The position numbers and the translations under genes were made by a program. From Eledone cirrhosa (taxonomy: Eukaryota): 64,000 nt of DNA. Positions 27,616 to 41,962 of the stretch are shown in pieces; the first letter of the stretch is position 1; each line of letters begins with the position of its first letter. The notes beneath the pieces are model-generated. The model made no database searches and was not told the origin of the DNA. It saw only the letters and a program-made list of their open reading frames with translations. The stretch is from contig OZ024743.1 in NCBI GenBank assembly GCA_964016885.1, positions 346,022,001 to 346,086,000 of the forward strand, in the 5' to 3' direction.

Positions 27616-29979
27616 CCTTTTACTCGCATACAAATATACTCTTGTGTGTGCGTTTTCTGTGACTGTGAAGTTTGATATATATGTATACATATATAAAACA
27701 TAAGCCACTTTTCATGTATGCTAAACAAAATAAATATATCTCTTTGCTTTTCATAAGCAACGTTTCTTTATATCACTCAACACTACCAACTGGGAAGAGA
27801 CTAATTTTCAAACAAACCACCCACATACTTTTAACCCTTTATTTTCAACACATTAAACCTTTTACTCTTTTCTAATCTTTCCACATAATATTTCATGCTC
27901 ACAAATTTTACTGTTATTTTGCCATATATAATTACTTCAAATCAGGTTCTGAAATTGTAATATATCTGGAGAAATTTAATATTTCGAGTATGAACATTCG
28001 AATATGAACATACGGGCTAATGTTTAAAGTTTTTGACTTCCAATCCATTTTATTTCGTGGAGATCGATTCCTGAACCGGGAGTTGTATTTTGTTATTGGG
28101 CAAAACAATTTGAACCTGTCAACTCCATTGGACATTTGTAGCAAGGTTAGCATCTGCATCTGCAATGTCAGATAAATTTCTACAAAATGTGTTATTTGGC
28201 TTGGAAGAATCTGTATTTCAGTAGATTTCCAATGTTAGCAGAAATTTTAATTCAAATATGCCCACTTTTAGATCGTTATTTATCCTTCCGTTATTAGTTT
28301 ATAGTCTGTTTCAATCAAAATAGTTTTCCATCTCAGGAGTTAATAAAATATGTAACCCTGAAATATATGATGGGGTGTGACCTTTTAAATCATATGCCCT
28401 TGCATATACCAATATTTATCGACACATTGCGCTGAAATATATTTATGTTTCATCTACATATTCACGGCGAATATTGTTAGTAGTTTGGCTGCTAAAGAAA
28501 AGCAACATTTACAAGCATTTTCATTTACAACAGCTCTATTATATCTGATATCTCCTTAGTGTTCCTCTTCATCAGGTATCTTCTGCTAGCAGCAGATTCG
28601 TCACTGTGGATCAACGCCTCGATCATTCTTCTATTGTCCTTATATTTTCATTGTCGTTTGCTCCAGACCAATTCTTGATATTACAATTTCTTTCAGAACT
28701 GGGATAACGTTCCTTGATCTGGATTCATTGTAATGGCTGGAACGCAGTGATAATCCATCATCTCAGTCAATTTTTACCTGGTCTTAAAAAACAGAAAATA
28801 AGAAGTCGCTCTTCTGTCGCCCTATCTGCTAAAATATTAACAAAGTCCCCTTCAAATCAGACTCTGTCGTTCCAGTAAATAGAAATAATAGGAATATACT
28901 GATTCTAGATTTACTGGTTTTAGGGGAAAGGTGAGATGTACCTGCTGTGATATTTTTGCTTCTAATTCTGCTTAATCATAGCTGACGTAGGGTTAAAGAA
29001 TAACAGCATCCATTTTAACTCTACATTTACGCATTTCTTATTCTTATGTTAGTAGTATAAACATTTTAATATTCAGTTTTTAGTTGCGCAATCAAAAAAG
29101 AAAGATATTGTCCATGCGACTATGCGGAATTTCAGACTGTCAGTGGTTGCTGGAATGAAGAGAGGAATTTATCCTTAGATTAAACACCTGGTCCAAATGC
29201 TTACAGCAGAGTGAATTGCTTTAAGGATATCTAAACGTGACGGATTAAGTCTACCACGCCAATCAAAATAATGCGTTGTGTAATCTAAAGACGTCTAACC
29301 AAAATATCTTATTCAATGTCGTATATAAATATATGTTCATTAAACTTGAGTTCGAGTCCAAGAACATTTTCTAGTATTTCTATGCATCGTACTTAATTTT
29401 AAATGTCAACGTAATATATCTTGTGTTGGGGACGTTACCTGTCACTGTCTCTTACTATATACTATGGTAGATTTATCACTTATTCCGGTAATCTAATGCT
29501 TTGCAACTGGATCTAAGTACCGGACGTTATGAATTCTTCGGGGCTTTGGTGTCATTTAATTTATTTTCATATATGAAGGATGACTCTCACTGGGGTCTAA
29601 CATTGACACCGAACTGTAATATGTAATATTAACAGCTGAAGCTATGCAATTTTTTTAAACGTTATAGTATTACAGATTACAATATTGTTTGGGGGAACAT
29701 ACATATCACAGATTTCTTTTCTTTGCTTTCTATTTTGATATCGGAGAAAAACACGCGAAGTTTAGATTATGTGGCCTTTTCCTCAAAACATCCAAATATT
29801 TCTTTGTGTTAACAAATATCATCAACCAATGCCCTCTCAAATACCAAACATTACAATAAATGGCCAATAAATATTTTAGAAACTATGTGATACTCTCCAC
29901 CTCCTTTTTTTCTAATTCTTCATTATTCTATTTATTAATCGGATGTTATTTTCATATGGTTGGCCAGGAAAGTGATGAT

Positions 29980-30650
29980 GGCGGAGGGTTATTGTTGTTG
30001 GTGGTGCTGATGGTGGGCTGTTGTTGTTGATGTTGATTGGTGGTAGTGGTGGGGTTAGTGATAGGGACAGAAATGGTAATGCTGTTTGCTGTTGTCATGG
30101 CAGTTTTGGTGGTGGGGAATCATGATGGCTATGGATTTAAATTTATCAGGGGATGATCGTAAGAGTGGTATTGAGAATGGTGGATGTGGCATGGGTAATA
30201 TTGCTGGTGTGGTGTTAGTTATGATGGTGAGGGTACTGTATTTATTGTGGTAGTGTTGTTGATCGTGCTGCTGATTTTAGAGTATGCTTCTGTGGAATTG
30301 TTTGGGTAGCTACTTATGGTTGTATTAGTGGTGTTGCTGATAGTGTTGGTAGAGTTGACGGTAGTGTTGGTGGTGATAATGTTGGTGGTAGACTTGGTGG
30401 TGCAATAATAGTTATAGGGGCTTAGCTTTGTAGTGGTAGTTCTTGTTATTGTTGTTGTTGGGGATAATAGTAGTAGTGGACGCTGTGGAAGTGATGGTAA
30501 TGCTAGTGGTGGTGCTGGTTGCAATGGTGGTGGAAATAGTGGCGGTGATGATGGCGGTGATGTTAATGGTAATGGCAATAGTGGTGTTGGTGGGGTGTGT
30601 GGGTGGGTGGGTGGGTGGGGGGGGGCTATGTTGTTGATGGTGGTAATAAT
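29980..30650. repeat. Degenerate (GGT/TGT/GAT)n low-complexity tract
   Basis: Mixed trinucleotide repeats. Confidence 0.8.
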
Positions 30651-32938
30651 ACGAAACAATCAAAGACTGTCTTTTGGAGTGTTTCTTTATTTTATCTCCT
30701 CGATACGTTCAATTTCAGCCGTGTATTTTCACTTAAGGAATATGAAGACGAAGGGGGGGGGGGTGAAGGTGGAGATTTGGGAGTGGTGTGGGATTGAAAA
30801 GAGAAATTTTATCTGAGACGAAAACACTGAAAGTGGCCATAAATAAGATCTGAAAAGTAAACAAAGACAAATAAGAAAATATAATCAATAAAAATTTGTT
30901 TGCTGTTTCATCTTAGAGAAAAGAAGAAAAAATAAAGAGGACAACAACGCGAAAAGATAGAGAAGGGGTTGATGTTAAAACATTCCTTTGCAACGTTTGA
31001 AGATAATTCTTATCTAATCTATATGGGGAGGTCTTCTAGGCGATAAAAGTGAAACAAATTACAGTGGACGATAATTCATATGAGTAAACCTCGTTCATGA
31101 TATTATAAAAAGAAAGTTGCAATGGCAAAGGGTGAATGCCAGTACGAGAAAATATATTTTTGGGTATACAGATGATATAGCGATAAAACCAGTCGGCGAA
31201 ATAAAGCCTGTTCCGAATCCTGATTGGACCATTTTTGCTTATTCTGCTGTTTTGCCATTGAGAAAAGCATGAATATCTTACAGTAACCTCTATAGATTTC
31301 AGAATGTGGTTATTGTTTATAAGATATCCAACCCAAATGGCATTATATATAACAACACATTCTATACTTAACATAGTTTTTATTGGAGATAAGTACGTGC
31401 CCCTGTTATACTGAAGTTGTGTATCATGAAGTACTCATCATTGGAATAACTTTTCTGCACATACTGTAAGTTTTACTATGCCAGGTCATAATAAGTACAA
31501 AACACCATAGTTCCCAGTTTTAACCTTTGGCCGTTTATTTGACGATGCGGTACTTTAGAAAATATTAATCACTTTATTACCATATTTCTTATAAATAAAT
31601 TTTGAAAATAATACAAAATATCAGGGCAGATTTAATCTATGGGAAGTTTTTTTTAAACCAATATTTTCATTAGAAAAAAAAAAATTTAAACAATAAGAAC
31701 AAACCTCCTACTCAAAGTTGCGAAAACTAATTTAAATTTAAATATAAACGAATTAAAACGAAGTCCTTTACCATAAAACTAATGTGATTTCTGGCGGGTT
31801 CGTATCAAAAGAGCTAAAGTCGCACTATAAAGATGGGGAACGTGATTTTCTGAGGTTGACTGAGGAGATGGGACTCTTCGTCTTTGTTTTTTTTTTCCAT
31901 TTTATTTTTTCTGTGAGCCCCCAATTTTGAATTTATATTTTAAAGATTAGTCATACGGGCTTTTTTTCATACTATCATATAATAGAAATTACACCAGCCA
32001 GCCTGTTTTCGACTATTCACCCTGCTTAACTATACCTCAGTGTCCTTCCTCTTTATCTGCATGCTGGGCTACAGTCCATATTATTCTCTTCAGTTTTACA
32101 ATTTCTATCTTTTCTATATATTTTTCTCCTGTGTCTAAGTAAGCCCTTTTGCACTATACATTTGCGTAGCATGTCTCTGTATGTTTTGTTACGTCATAAT
32201 GTGCTCGGGAACGAACGGTTAGAGCTTAATGAACAGAAACCGGAGTGATTTCCAGAGTTTGACTGAGGAGATTGGACTCTTTGCATTTACGTTTTTTCCC
32301 CTTGTCTTTGTCCTGTACGCCACCTATTTTAAATTTATATTATAAAGACATAATCATCCGGGTTTTTCTGAAACTATATATATATATATATGTGTGTGTG
32401 TGTGGGGGTGGGGTGGGGGTGGGGGGTGGCGTGTGTGTGTGTGTGGGTGTGTGTGTGTAAGATCGCTAAAGAGTTCTACTGTTAGCATATAGACTAGTAC
32501 AAACTGTCACATGTTCGGGTAATCGGTGACAAAACTAGTAAACCTACCAAGCTTGCTTGGTGAGGAGGGGGGTGTTTGGACACCCTACGGGCCGCAAAAC
32601 AAAACCCGTCAAAAGTGCGGATGGACTCTTGAGAGTCAACAGCCATTCAATACCTGAGGTGTTTTCATCATTGGATTTGTGGTAAACTTTTTCACAAGTC
32701 CTTTGTTTTTCCAAAACGTGTGGTTGTGCCAATTCAAACATTCACATTATATATAATCCGTTTCTGTCTGATGATATACCAACATTTACAGAAAGCTCTC
32801 TGGCCAGAGTGCAAAAGAAACGGTTATTAATCTTTAAACTTGGCATTAAACCGTGTCTATATGGTTATCCAAATAGGTTATCGAACTAAAACCAACTATT
32901 TACTTTTGGTTTCTGGATTGAAAGAACACTCCGGTTAG

Positions 32939-33138
32939 NNNNNNNNNNNNNNNNNNNNNNNNNNNNNNNNNNNNNNNNNNNNNNNNNNNNNNNNNNNNNN
33001 NNNNNNNNNNNNNNNNNNNNNNNNNNNNNNNNNNNNNNNNNNNNNNNNNNNNNNNNNNNNNNNNNNNNNNNNNNNNNNNNNNNNNNNNNNNNNNNNNNNN
33101 NNNNNNNNNNNNNNNNNNNNNNNNNNNNNNNNNNNNNN
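32939..33138. other. Assembly gap (200 N)
   Basis: Run of N. Confidence 1.
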
Positions 33139-35772
33139 AATTCAAATTGGCTTAGGCTGCTTTCACTCAACAAGGAATTCGATCATAGCATCACTAATAA
33201 CTTTTCTCAACAACCTGCAAGTCATACGACAATTTGGATGCCCCCTATGATGGCACGTGATTGAATATCGCTGAACACACAGTTGTGACCGAAATGATTT
33301 CAAAATCATTCGTTCTGTTCACTATCTCTTGGATCATGCACTACTGCACAGTAAAATCTCATTCAATCATCCGCCCAAAGGGTTTGTTCAAACGCTACCT
33401 ATCCCACCCAAGAATGATGTAGATTATTTGAAGTCCACTAGTAAAAGGCTGGAACTTACTGCAAAATTTGTCTTTGGACTTTGTTCAGATTAAATTTCTG
33501 ATGACATTGAGGCTTCATAGAAAGCGCTCAAAATACCAGGTATGTACCCTCAGTAGACCTTGTAGGGTTTCCCATTAGAAAACACATGCACTGGTTTGAG
33601 CAAAGCAATTCAGATATCCGTAATCTTATGAGCAAAAGGAATAACCTAAACGGGGTTTGGATTGGAGATAAAATCTCAACAACTAAAGGGAAAACTTATA
33701 AAAATTGTAAGAAGCAGGCACAGGTCTCACTTAGAAAGCTGAAGGTTGTTTGGTTGACATCTAAACCAGGTGAACTGCAAGACAACACCGATAAAAATGA
33801 CTAGGGGCCTTTCATAATCATTTAAGCGTGGTGTATGAACCAAGGGAAAGTAGATGAAATCGAGTTCTGTATTCTGGTTGTACAACACTATACACAAAGA
33901 CGAGATGCTCTCTCTATGGAACGGAACACTTTGAAGAAGTCCTAAGTACTGAGTCAAACGTAGATGGAGATGTAATATCATCTATTCCCCAAAGGCCGGA
34001 GATAACTGGATTAGCATTCAATCTAAGCTTGAAAGAAATACAAGCTGCTATGAAGCAAATATTATCCAATAAATAAAGTTACTGGTAAAGATGGTCATCC
34101 CGCCTGAAATTTTCAAATATGGTGGTGAAAACTAATTCATAAGCTATGTCGGCTATACCTCAAAATAGGGAAAGCCTGTTGTGTCCATCAATATTTCATA
34201 TATGCATCTATAATACATCTCATCAAGAAGAATATTGACTAATCTCGAGGCATCGCCCTTTTCTGTATTGCTGGTAATGTATTTGTCCGTATCATTCTCC
34301 ACTAAATTACATCCAGACTTGTTCACAACTACCCTGAAAACCAGTATAGTTTCTTCATATATCGGTGTAATATTGACAAGATTTTCTCCCTTTATCAAGT
34401 CGCAGAAAAGATTCGTGAGAAAAACATGGAACTGGTCGGGATCATTGTCGATATGACTAAAACAGTTGGCACTGTCAATCGCAAAGCTCTCTTGAAAATC
34501 CTAAAAAGATTGGCATATCTTAATGATATCATGCATTTTCATGAGGGGATGAAGGCATCAATTATATCAAATGGCGAATGGTCTGAAATTTTTGGTGTCA
34601 CAAACGGTCCGAAGCAGGGTTGTGTCATGTCTCCTGTTCTCTTTGCTTTATGTTTTCTGTAATACTCAAGGCAGCATTTGGGGAGTAAGACACTGGTGTC
34701 AGATTTTAATTCCGCACATCAAGTGGGTTATTAATCGGTCAGCGTTTTAAGGGTGAAGCATTGGTTGCTGCTGCTGCTGCACTTATTGTAACATCACTGG
34801 AATAAGCACACTAATTGATGAACAGTTTTGATTGCTTGTAAGCCATTTGGTTTAACAATGAGGATTAAGAAAATTGAGGTGGTACATCACCCGTGACTAA
34901 CCACCCTCACACAAGTAAAATATATTGGTCAAGGTCGTCCAGAGCATGGATATTCCCATATTCCCCTCACTGTTAATAGCAAATATCTGAAGTATGCGAA
35001 ATCCTTTATTTACCTTAGTAAGTAAGATGAATAGCATCCTTAGATGATGATATAATCAATCGCGTCTACAAGCATGTGACGCATTTGATAAACTATATCA
35101 ATGCCTATGGAACGTCAGAGGTATATCTCTGAAAACGACAATTGCATTTTATTGTGCAATGGTACTGACAACACTTTTATACGACACGGTGTCATCGACA
35201 CGTTATCGCACCCGCATTTATAAGCTTAATGTCCTCCACAAATATTTTCATCGCACTATCTGTGGTTATGTATTCTCTGACAAAATCAGCAATGCTGATC
35301 TGTGCACGAGATAGAAAATTGGTGGTGCCGAGACATTTCTGATGCAATCCCAACTCTGATGGGCTGGTGATGTCCTACGGATGACCGAAGATCGCGCCCA
35401 AACGATACAGACATAGGTCAACTTCATAATGGTGCATGTAATGTAGGCAGACCATTGCTCAGATATAACTACAATGTTCAATGTGGGAACATACGGCAAA
35501 CTCCATTTGCTGCACTAGCTGCTGAACGAGAAAAATGGAGAAAACTCTGATATGAAGATATAAAGGATCATGGAAAAATCCAGTCTGGTCCATCTTAGTG
35601 ATCTAAGATCTAATACCAAGATCCGATCAAACATTCCATCCTGACCCGCTCAAAATCTTATCGGCTTGATGTGTAAATCAACAGCTGGACTAAGGAGCCA
35701 TCGAAGGCATAACCATAAAAATTAACTGAGAAGACTCTTGAATCCTTATGCATCAATATACGACGGCTCATC
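33139..35772 (+). mobile_element. Long decayed RTE (BovB-like) LINE
   Basis: Fragments: PEIFKYGG, VDMTKTVGTVNRKALLKIL, FHEGMKA..FGVTNGPKQGCVMSPVLF, FIYL, QL*WAGDVLRMTEDRAQ. Many stops and frameshifts. Confidence 0.9.
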
Positions 35773-35809
35773 ACATACAAATATATATATATATATAAAT
35801 ATATATGTG

Positions 35810-35880
<71 letters not shown>

Positions 35881-35914
35881 ATGTATATATATATATGCCT
35901 TTATATATATATGC

Positions 35915-35976
<62 letters not shown>

Positions 35977-36013
35977 ACACATATATATACATACACATAT
36001 ATATATTTATATA

Positions 36014-36265
36014 GGGGTAGAACACTGGAAGATAATATCCGTAGTGGTAGAGCACTCAATCCATGGGACGAGTTAGGTAGAAGTGGTAACACAACAGTTA
36101 GTTCACCATACCGAGAACAATTGCTTCATCTTAGCGGATCTTCAGCTCGTAATGGTCATGGATATACGGAACCCTCTTCCGTATAACCATGACCAGTACG
36201 AGCCAAATATCCGGTAAGGTGTAACAATTGTTCTCGGTATGATGAAATAACTGTTGCGTTACCAC

Positions 36266-36270
<5 letters not shown>
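36014..36270. mobile_element. Solo fold-back pLTR of the PLE 2 family, between (TA)n tracts
   Basis: 36016-36172 matches 14511-14667 and is then inverted at 36177-36268. Confidence 0.9.
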
Positions 36271-36313
<43 letters not shown>

Positions 36314-36454
36314 GAGTGGCTGCTATTTGCAGTATAGCAATATAAGGTTGCACTTACCAATGAAACGGTCGTAAATACCTGGATAAAATCCTTCTCTTAA
36401 TGCTTACCTGTGTTTTCTCTTTTATACTATATATATATATATATACCCCCCCCC

Positions 36455-36492
<38 letters not shown>

Positions 36493-36683
36493 ACAAAGAA
36501 ATTGTGGTAAGGAACCACATGGACCATAATTCACCAGTGTACTCAATACTTAGGTTAGTAGAGTGGGAAATTGGAAAAAGTATGTCTCCGACGGCAGAAC
36601 TTAAGCCGTTTCGACGGCTATTTCTGGACACCAGAACTAGCAGTCGAAACGGCTTGAGCTCTGTCGTCGGGGTCATACTTTTT

Positions 36684-36686
<3 letters not shown>
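36493..36686. mobile_element. Family W fold-back element
   Basis: Apex near 36629. Arms ggaaaaagtatg..cgacggctatttctgg / ccagaactagcagtcg..catactttttcc. Confidence 0.85.
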
Positions 36687-36760
<74 letters not shown>

Positions 36761-36761
36761 T

Positions 36762-37028
36762 TAAAATTGTAAGTTTGAAGAACAGTCAGATAAAATATAC
36801 CCAAATTTTTTTCTCCCTTGTCCGTAGAAAGTAACTAGATAAATAATCAGTTAAACGGAGCTAAGTATAAAATGTAACTTCGAAGAAATAACAGATACAC
36901 GATACTGACTATCCCCCGCGAGGAACAGTCAGATTAAATTTACCCATTCTTTCTTCTTAGGCCGTAGAAATTGACTAGACAAATAATCAATTAAACGGAG
37001 TTAGGTCTAAAATGTAAGTTTGAAGAAA
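36762..37028. repeat. Diverged ~143-bp tandem duplication
   Basis: gaacagtcagat..ccgtagaaa..ttaaacggag..aaaatgtaa starts at 36780 and again at 36923. Confidence 0.8.
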
Positions 37029-37051
37029 AAATGTATAAAAACTTTATCAAC

Positions 37052-37139
37052 AGTCTCGACTATCGATAGTTTCGCTCGTACTTCGTGGATATGTCCATTC
37101 GTGGTATTTTCCATGAAGTTTCAAGCTTATCATGAGACT
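37052..37139 (-). ncRNA. Degenerate hammerhead with long stem II
   Basis: agtctc-ATGATAA-gcttgaaacttcatgga..tccacgaagtacgagc-GAAA-ctatcgatag-TC-gagact. Two core substitutions. Confidence 0.7.
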
Positions 37140-37657
37140 CTCTCAAGAGGACTAACATTTCTTCAGTGATCGCTGCCAGAAATGAATTCAAAATGGGTAA
37201 GAATCATCACGTGGCCAGCGGTCAAAGCAGAAGGTTGTGAATGGCAGGCCAGATGGCAGAGCCACACCGTGAAAGGAAGTCATAATCATATATGTATGTG
37301 TGACTATTTCTAAATATATACATATATATCCCTATGAATTTAGTATATATATATTTATATATATATAATTATGGGGTGGTGAATGTTCCTGGTTTGATCG
37401 CTGCTGGGGTGGTCAGTTGAGGCCCGAACATTCCGAGTTGCTTTTACAGGATTTATTAAAACTGAATGACCGCTGTAATAAATGTGTGAATCTGTGAGTG
37501 GAATACGTTAATTAAAATCATAATTAACTCAGCTCTCACCCTCCTGTATTTTCCTTTACTCAAAGCGAGGAATATTACAGCAACCCTCACATATGTACAT
37601 ATCTCTCTATCTCTCTCTCCCCCTCTCACTCTCTCTCTCTCTCTATATATATATATA

Positions 37658-37858
37658 AAACGAAGGAGTTGTGGTAGGGAACCAGATGGACCATAACGCA
37701 CCAGATTACTCAATACTTAGGGTAGTAGAGTGGGTAATAGGAGAAAGTATGACCCCGACGGCAGAGTTCAAGCCGTTTCGACGGCTATTTCTGGACTAAA
37801 CTAGTCTAGAAATAGCCGTCGAAACGGCTTGAGCTCTGCCGTCGGGGTCATGCTTTCT

Positions 37859-37862
<4 letters not shown>
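37658..37862. mobile_element. Family W fold-back element
   Basis: Near-perfect arms at 37737-37797 and 37802-37863. Confidence 0.9.
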
Positions 37863-37900
<38 letters not shown>

Positions 37901-37909
<9 letters not shown>

Positions 37910-38052
37910 TGAGATTCTACAGGACTAGAACTGTTTCATTCTTTAGAAACCATCAGGAATCTGATGATTTCTAAAGAATGAAACAGTTCTAGTCCTGTAG
38001 AATCTCATCTATATTAAAACTTTTATACTCTGCTATTCAACCCGGAATAACG
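37901..38052. mobile_element. Hairpin element (56-bp arms, 4-nt loop) built from a hammerhead
   Basis: The minus strand of the left arm reads agattc-CTGATGG-tttctaaagaat-GAAA-cag ttctagtc ctg-TA-gaatct. The right arm carries CTGATGA at 37961. Confidence 0.9.
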
Positions 38053-38086
38053 TATATATTTATATATATATATATATATATATATT

Positions 38087-38139
<53 letters not shown>

Positions 38140-38440
38140 AAAACCCTATTTGTACAGCCGGCCATGATATTATCCACTGTTTCACTACTATTACCCCCAA
38201 AATGACCTGCATGGGAATTCTCGCAAATTCGCTACCTAAATAAAGAAACCTCTTGTTGAGTCATACAACGCCGTACGTTAAAACTATCGATAGTACAATG
38301 TACTCACAACCTCTAACTGGATTACCTAAAACGATAACTTGTTTTCATATATATATATATATATATATATAAGTATGTAACAGCCGTACTAAGAGTGGGA
38401 AATGAAATATCGTTTCATTTTTCCGTTTAAATATATATAT

Positions 38441-39292
38441 TTTACATTCATTTAAATTATTGACGTATTGTTTTATTGATATTTTTTATCTGTTTGGCCC
38501 GAATCTTCCTTTATCGATTTTAAATCGTATGGTTGATTGTAGACTTGTTCTATATGTGACGGTATTTTAACGATAGTTATAGCTCTGATTCATCTGAATT
38601 ATTGAGCCCTCTGCCGTTCATATCGAATTTCGTTTATCGTGAACTCGTGCGCCGATTTTTCGATACTCGATCTTTCTAATATATTTAGCTCTGGACATAG
38701 CTATCCACCAGTTAATTTTATTGCTCATTTTTTGTCGATTCTATTGAGTGATGAATAGCTTTTGTTTTATTTTAACATGTCTATTGAGCACTCTAATTCG
38801 ATATGTGTATTTCCACATTCACTCGAATTGTTTTCGCGGATATAGGGGTCATCTCCCTTGTCTAATGCCATGTGCGTTTTTCACCGCTAGTTGACTCCTC
38901 TGCCGCCAGGAAAAAACTCGTTGATAACGTAAACTCCGTTCCACTTACTCTAGTAGGCTTTTATATTTATATGTGAGCTGATAGAGTACAGTCTAAGGAT
39001 TTACAGAAACCCATGAAGCTAGATTTAACACCTTTCTAGTGGGTCCGGGTATGATTTTACATTCATTTAAATTATTGACGTATTGTTTTATTGATATTTT
39101 TTATCTGTTTGGCCCGAATCTTCCTTTATCGATTTTAAATCGTATGGTTGATTGTAGACTTGTTCTATATGTGACGGTATTTTAACGATAGTTATAGCTC
39201 TGATTCATCTGAATTATTGAGCCCTCTGCCGTTCATATCGAATTTCGTTTATCGTGAACTCGTGCGCCGATTTTTCGATACTCGATCTTTCT

Positions 39293-39299
<7 letters not shown>
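38441..39299. repeat. 1.4-mer of a 615-bp unit (244-bp identical direct repeats), flanked by TA
   Basis: 38441-38684 equals 39056-39299 with no mismatch seen. Confidence 0.9.
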
Positions 39300-39325
<26 letters not shown>

Positions 39326-39393
39326 TACCTTCGAAATATATATTATAATACATATATTTTGATTATGTGAATGTGTTCATTTATTCATGTTCT

Positions 39394-39456
<63 letters not shown>

Positions 39457-39569
39457 AATTAGTATATCTACCAACATATATATACAGATGCATACCTATG
39501 CTAGCAAATATATAGGTTTTGTCTTAGTAACTTTGTGGTTCAATGCGAGGGGATGCAGAACAATTATAT

Positions 39570-39677
39570 GAAAGACGTAAAATAAGAAAATTATAAAATT
39601 AACTTACTTACTATAATTTTAGTAAATAAGTTTTAGTAAGTAAGTTAATTTTTATAATTTTCTTATTTTACGTCTTT

Positions 39678-39678
<1 letters not shown>
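39570..39678. repeat. AT-rich fold-back hairpin
   Basis: gaaagacgtaaaataagaaaattataaaa..cttacta / tagtaag..ttttataattttcttattttacgtctttc. Confidence 0.85.
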
Positions 39679-39755
<77 letters not shown>

Positions 39756-39756
39756 C

Positions 39757-39803
39757 CAGAATATTAATAAATGAAGACATTCACATAATCAAAATATATG
39801 TGT

Positions 39804-39837
<34 letters not shown>

Positions 39838-40115
39838 CGAAGGTACTGTGCTGTTTTTTTCAGTACGCACTCGTCAGATAAAATACACGAATTGATGTAT
39901 GACATACCTCAACGGTCCTGATGGTTCAATTCCAGTATTGGCAGAATTGAACCATCATGACCGTTGAGGTATGTCATACATCAATTCATGTATTTTATCT
40001 GAAGAGTACGTACTGAAAAAAAACAGCACAGTACCTTCGAAATATATATATATATATATATATATAATAAAACATATATTTTGATTATGTGAATGACTTC
40101 ATTTATTAATAATCT
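39757..40115. mobile_element. Fold-back element with ~170-bp arms and an 11-nt loop
   Basis: Apex ttcaattc-cagtattggca-gaattgaa near 39938. A third partial arm lies at 39325-39390. Confidence 0.85.
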
Positions 40116-40215
40116 GAATAATATTAATAACTCCAGAAATCTTCATTGGAGAGTGCTTTTAATCTATAGTAAAACTATATTCATTGAGTAATCAATGAAC
40201 CATATTAATCTTTGG

Positions 40216-40255
<40 letters not shown>

Positions 40256-41930
40256 ATATTACCATATGTAGTTGACGATTGAGATGAAAGTATACTAAAT
40301 ACTGAAGAGGAGTTTAAATATTCATTTTATTAAGGTTAAAAAGTGAGCCATGTCACTTTGGAGATACGTCTTCTCATAAGCCTTAATAAAATGAATATAT
40401 ACTTATATTATGTACTCAAATTTTATATATATTTATATATATATAAATGATCCTAGTGATACTATAAACAGAAAGAAGGAAATGTTTAATTCTTGCCTGC
40501 ATCGATTTTCCAAAACTTAAAAAAATATCTAATTTATAGAACATATTTTATATTTATAAGTTTCTATAAGTTTTTAAATGTATACATACAAATACTTAAT
40601 ATTATCAAATTTATACATAAATATAATTACTGTTATCAAAATTTATACATAGATATACTTAATGTTATCTAAATCTATACATAGACAGTTTTATCTTTTT
40701 ACTAATATCTTGAACATATTTACTATATGATGATCTGAAATCATATATAATGTTTTACATATACTGTAATTATAATATAAATTGTAATTAATTATTAGGT
40801 TAAACATTAAATCTAACTATATATCTTCAAATAACTTAAACTCCTTAAATTAATAAAAATTAGAGTTATCTTTTACTTTGATGAAAAAACTTGTTTATAT
40901 TTAACCTTTACGAGATATTCCAACTTTATATAAATATTTAAATTTTTTAATTGATATTTCTATCCTGATACATCTATAGATTATACATAATATTATACAT
41001 CTTCTATATAAAAATATAATTATTTCCTCACTCTTAAGCTATATATAGAAAATGCAAATATATCTTCGCTCGGCATATCCTGTTTTCATATGTAAACAAA
41101 ATCTATATTCAAGCATAACTATTTATGTACTAAGTAAACAAAATATATATTCACCCGTAACTATTTATTTATTACATACATGTTTTAATAACAATATACA
41201 ATTAATCTCTTATAATACAATACACTATACTTATAACTGTAATCATCATAATATTAAAACACACCCGTAAAATACATCCAATAGTATATATAAATATAAG
41301 CTATCTTTCACGTATTAAATTAATGGTTCTCACTTTAATACTTTAATTTATAATTCTCACCTTAATATTATAAATACTTCCAAATTATATAATTAAATAA
41401 ATAAAAATAAATATAATTATTTCATTCTTTCTATACCCATGTAAATATGTTCAGACGTATATATGCATATTTATATAAATATTATGTAATTAGCTTTAAA
41501 TATTTTTCTTAAAACTTTTTCTTCAATTTTTTTCTTTAATTTTAATAGCAAACGTCTCTTTTCTTTCCTTTTTAAAAGATAATTCTGATAATTATTTAAA
41601 TATGTCTAGCGTACTTTTCAAATTTAACGTTATCCTCATTAGCATATTCATCCCAAGTTTCGAAGAAGTATTCAATATCTACATTGAACTCATAACATTA
41701 AGTTCATATGTCGATGTGTCATTATCTGTAAACCAAATATTGTATTCTATCTGACGATAGCGTACAAAAATACTGGTAGCCTTGAAATATGCATAATAAA
41801 ATAAATATGGTTTTATAAAGATAGTTTCCATTTATTAATATTATTGATATATATATATATATATAAATTATGTATATATACATATATATATAAATAATGT
41901 ATATACCTATATATATATGTGTGTGTGTGA

Positions 41931-41962
<32 letters not shown>

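Noticed and set aside
30433-30816. Gly-rich ORF as a structural protein exon
   Set aside because: It derives from degenerate trinucleotide repeats, with no splice or homology support.
38845-38915. HDV-like or twister ribozyme in the core of the 615-bp unit
   Set aside because: A P1-like helix and a small hairpin are present, but spacing, P2 and J4/2 do not fit.
40440-41720. Very AT-rich stretch as a possible NUMT or Helitron
   Set aside because: No recognisable mitochondrial gene, tRNA or Helitron terminus.
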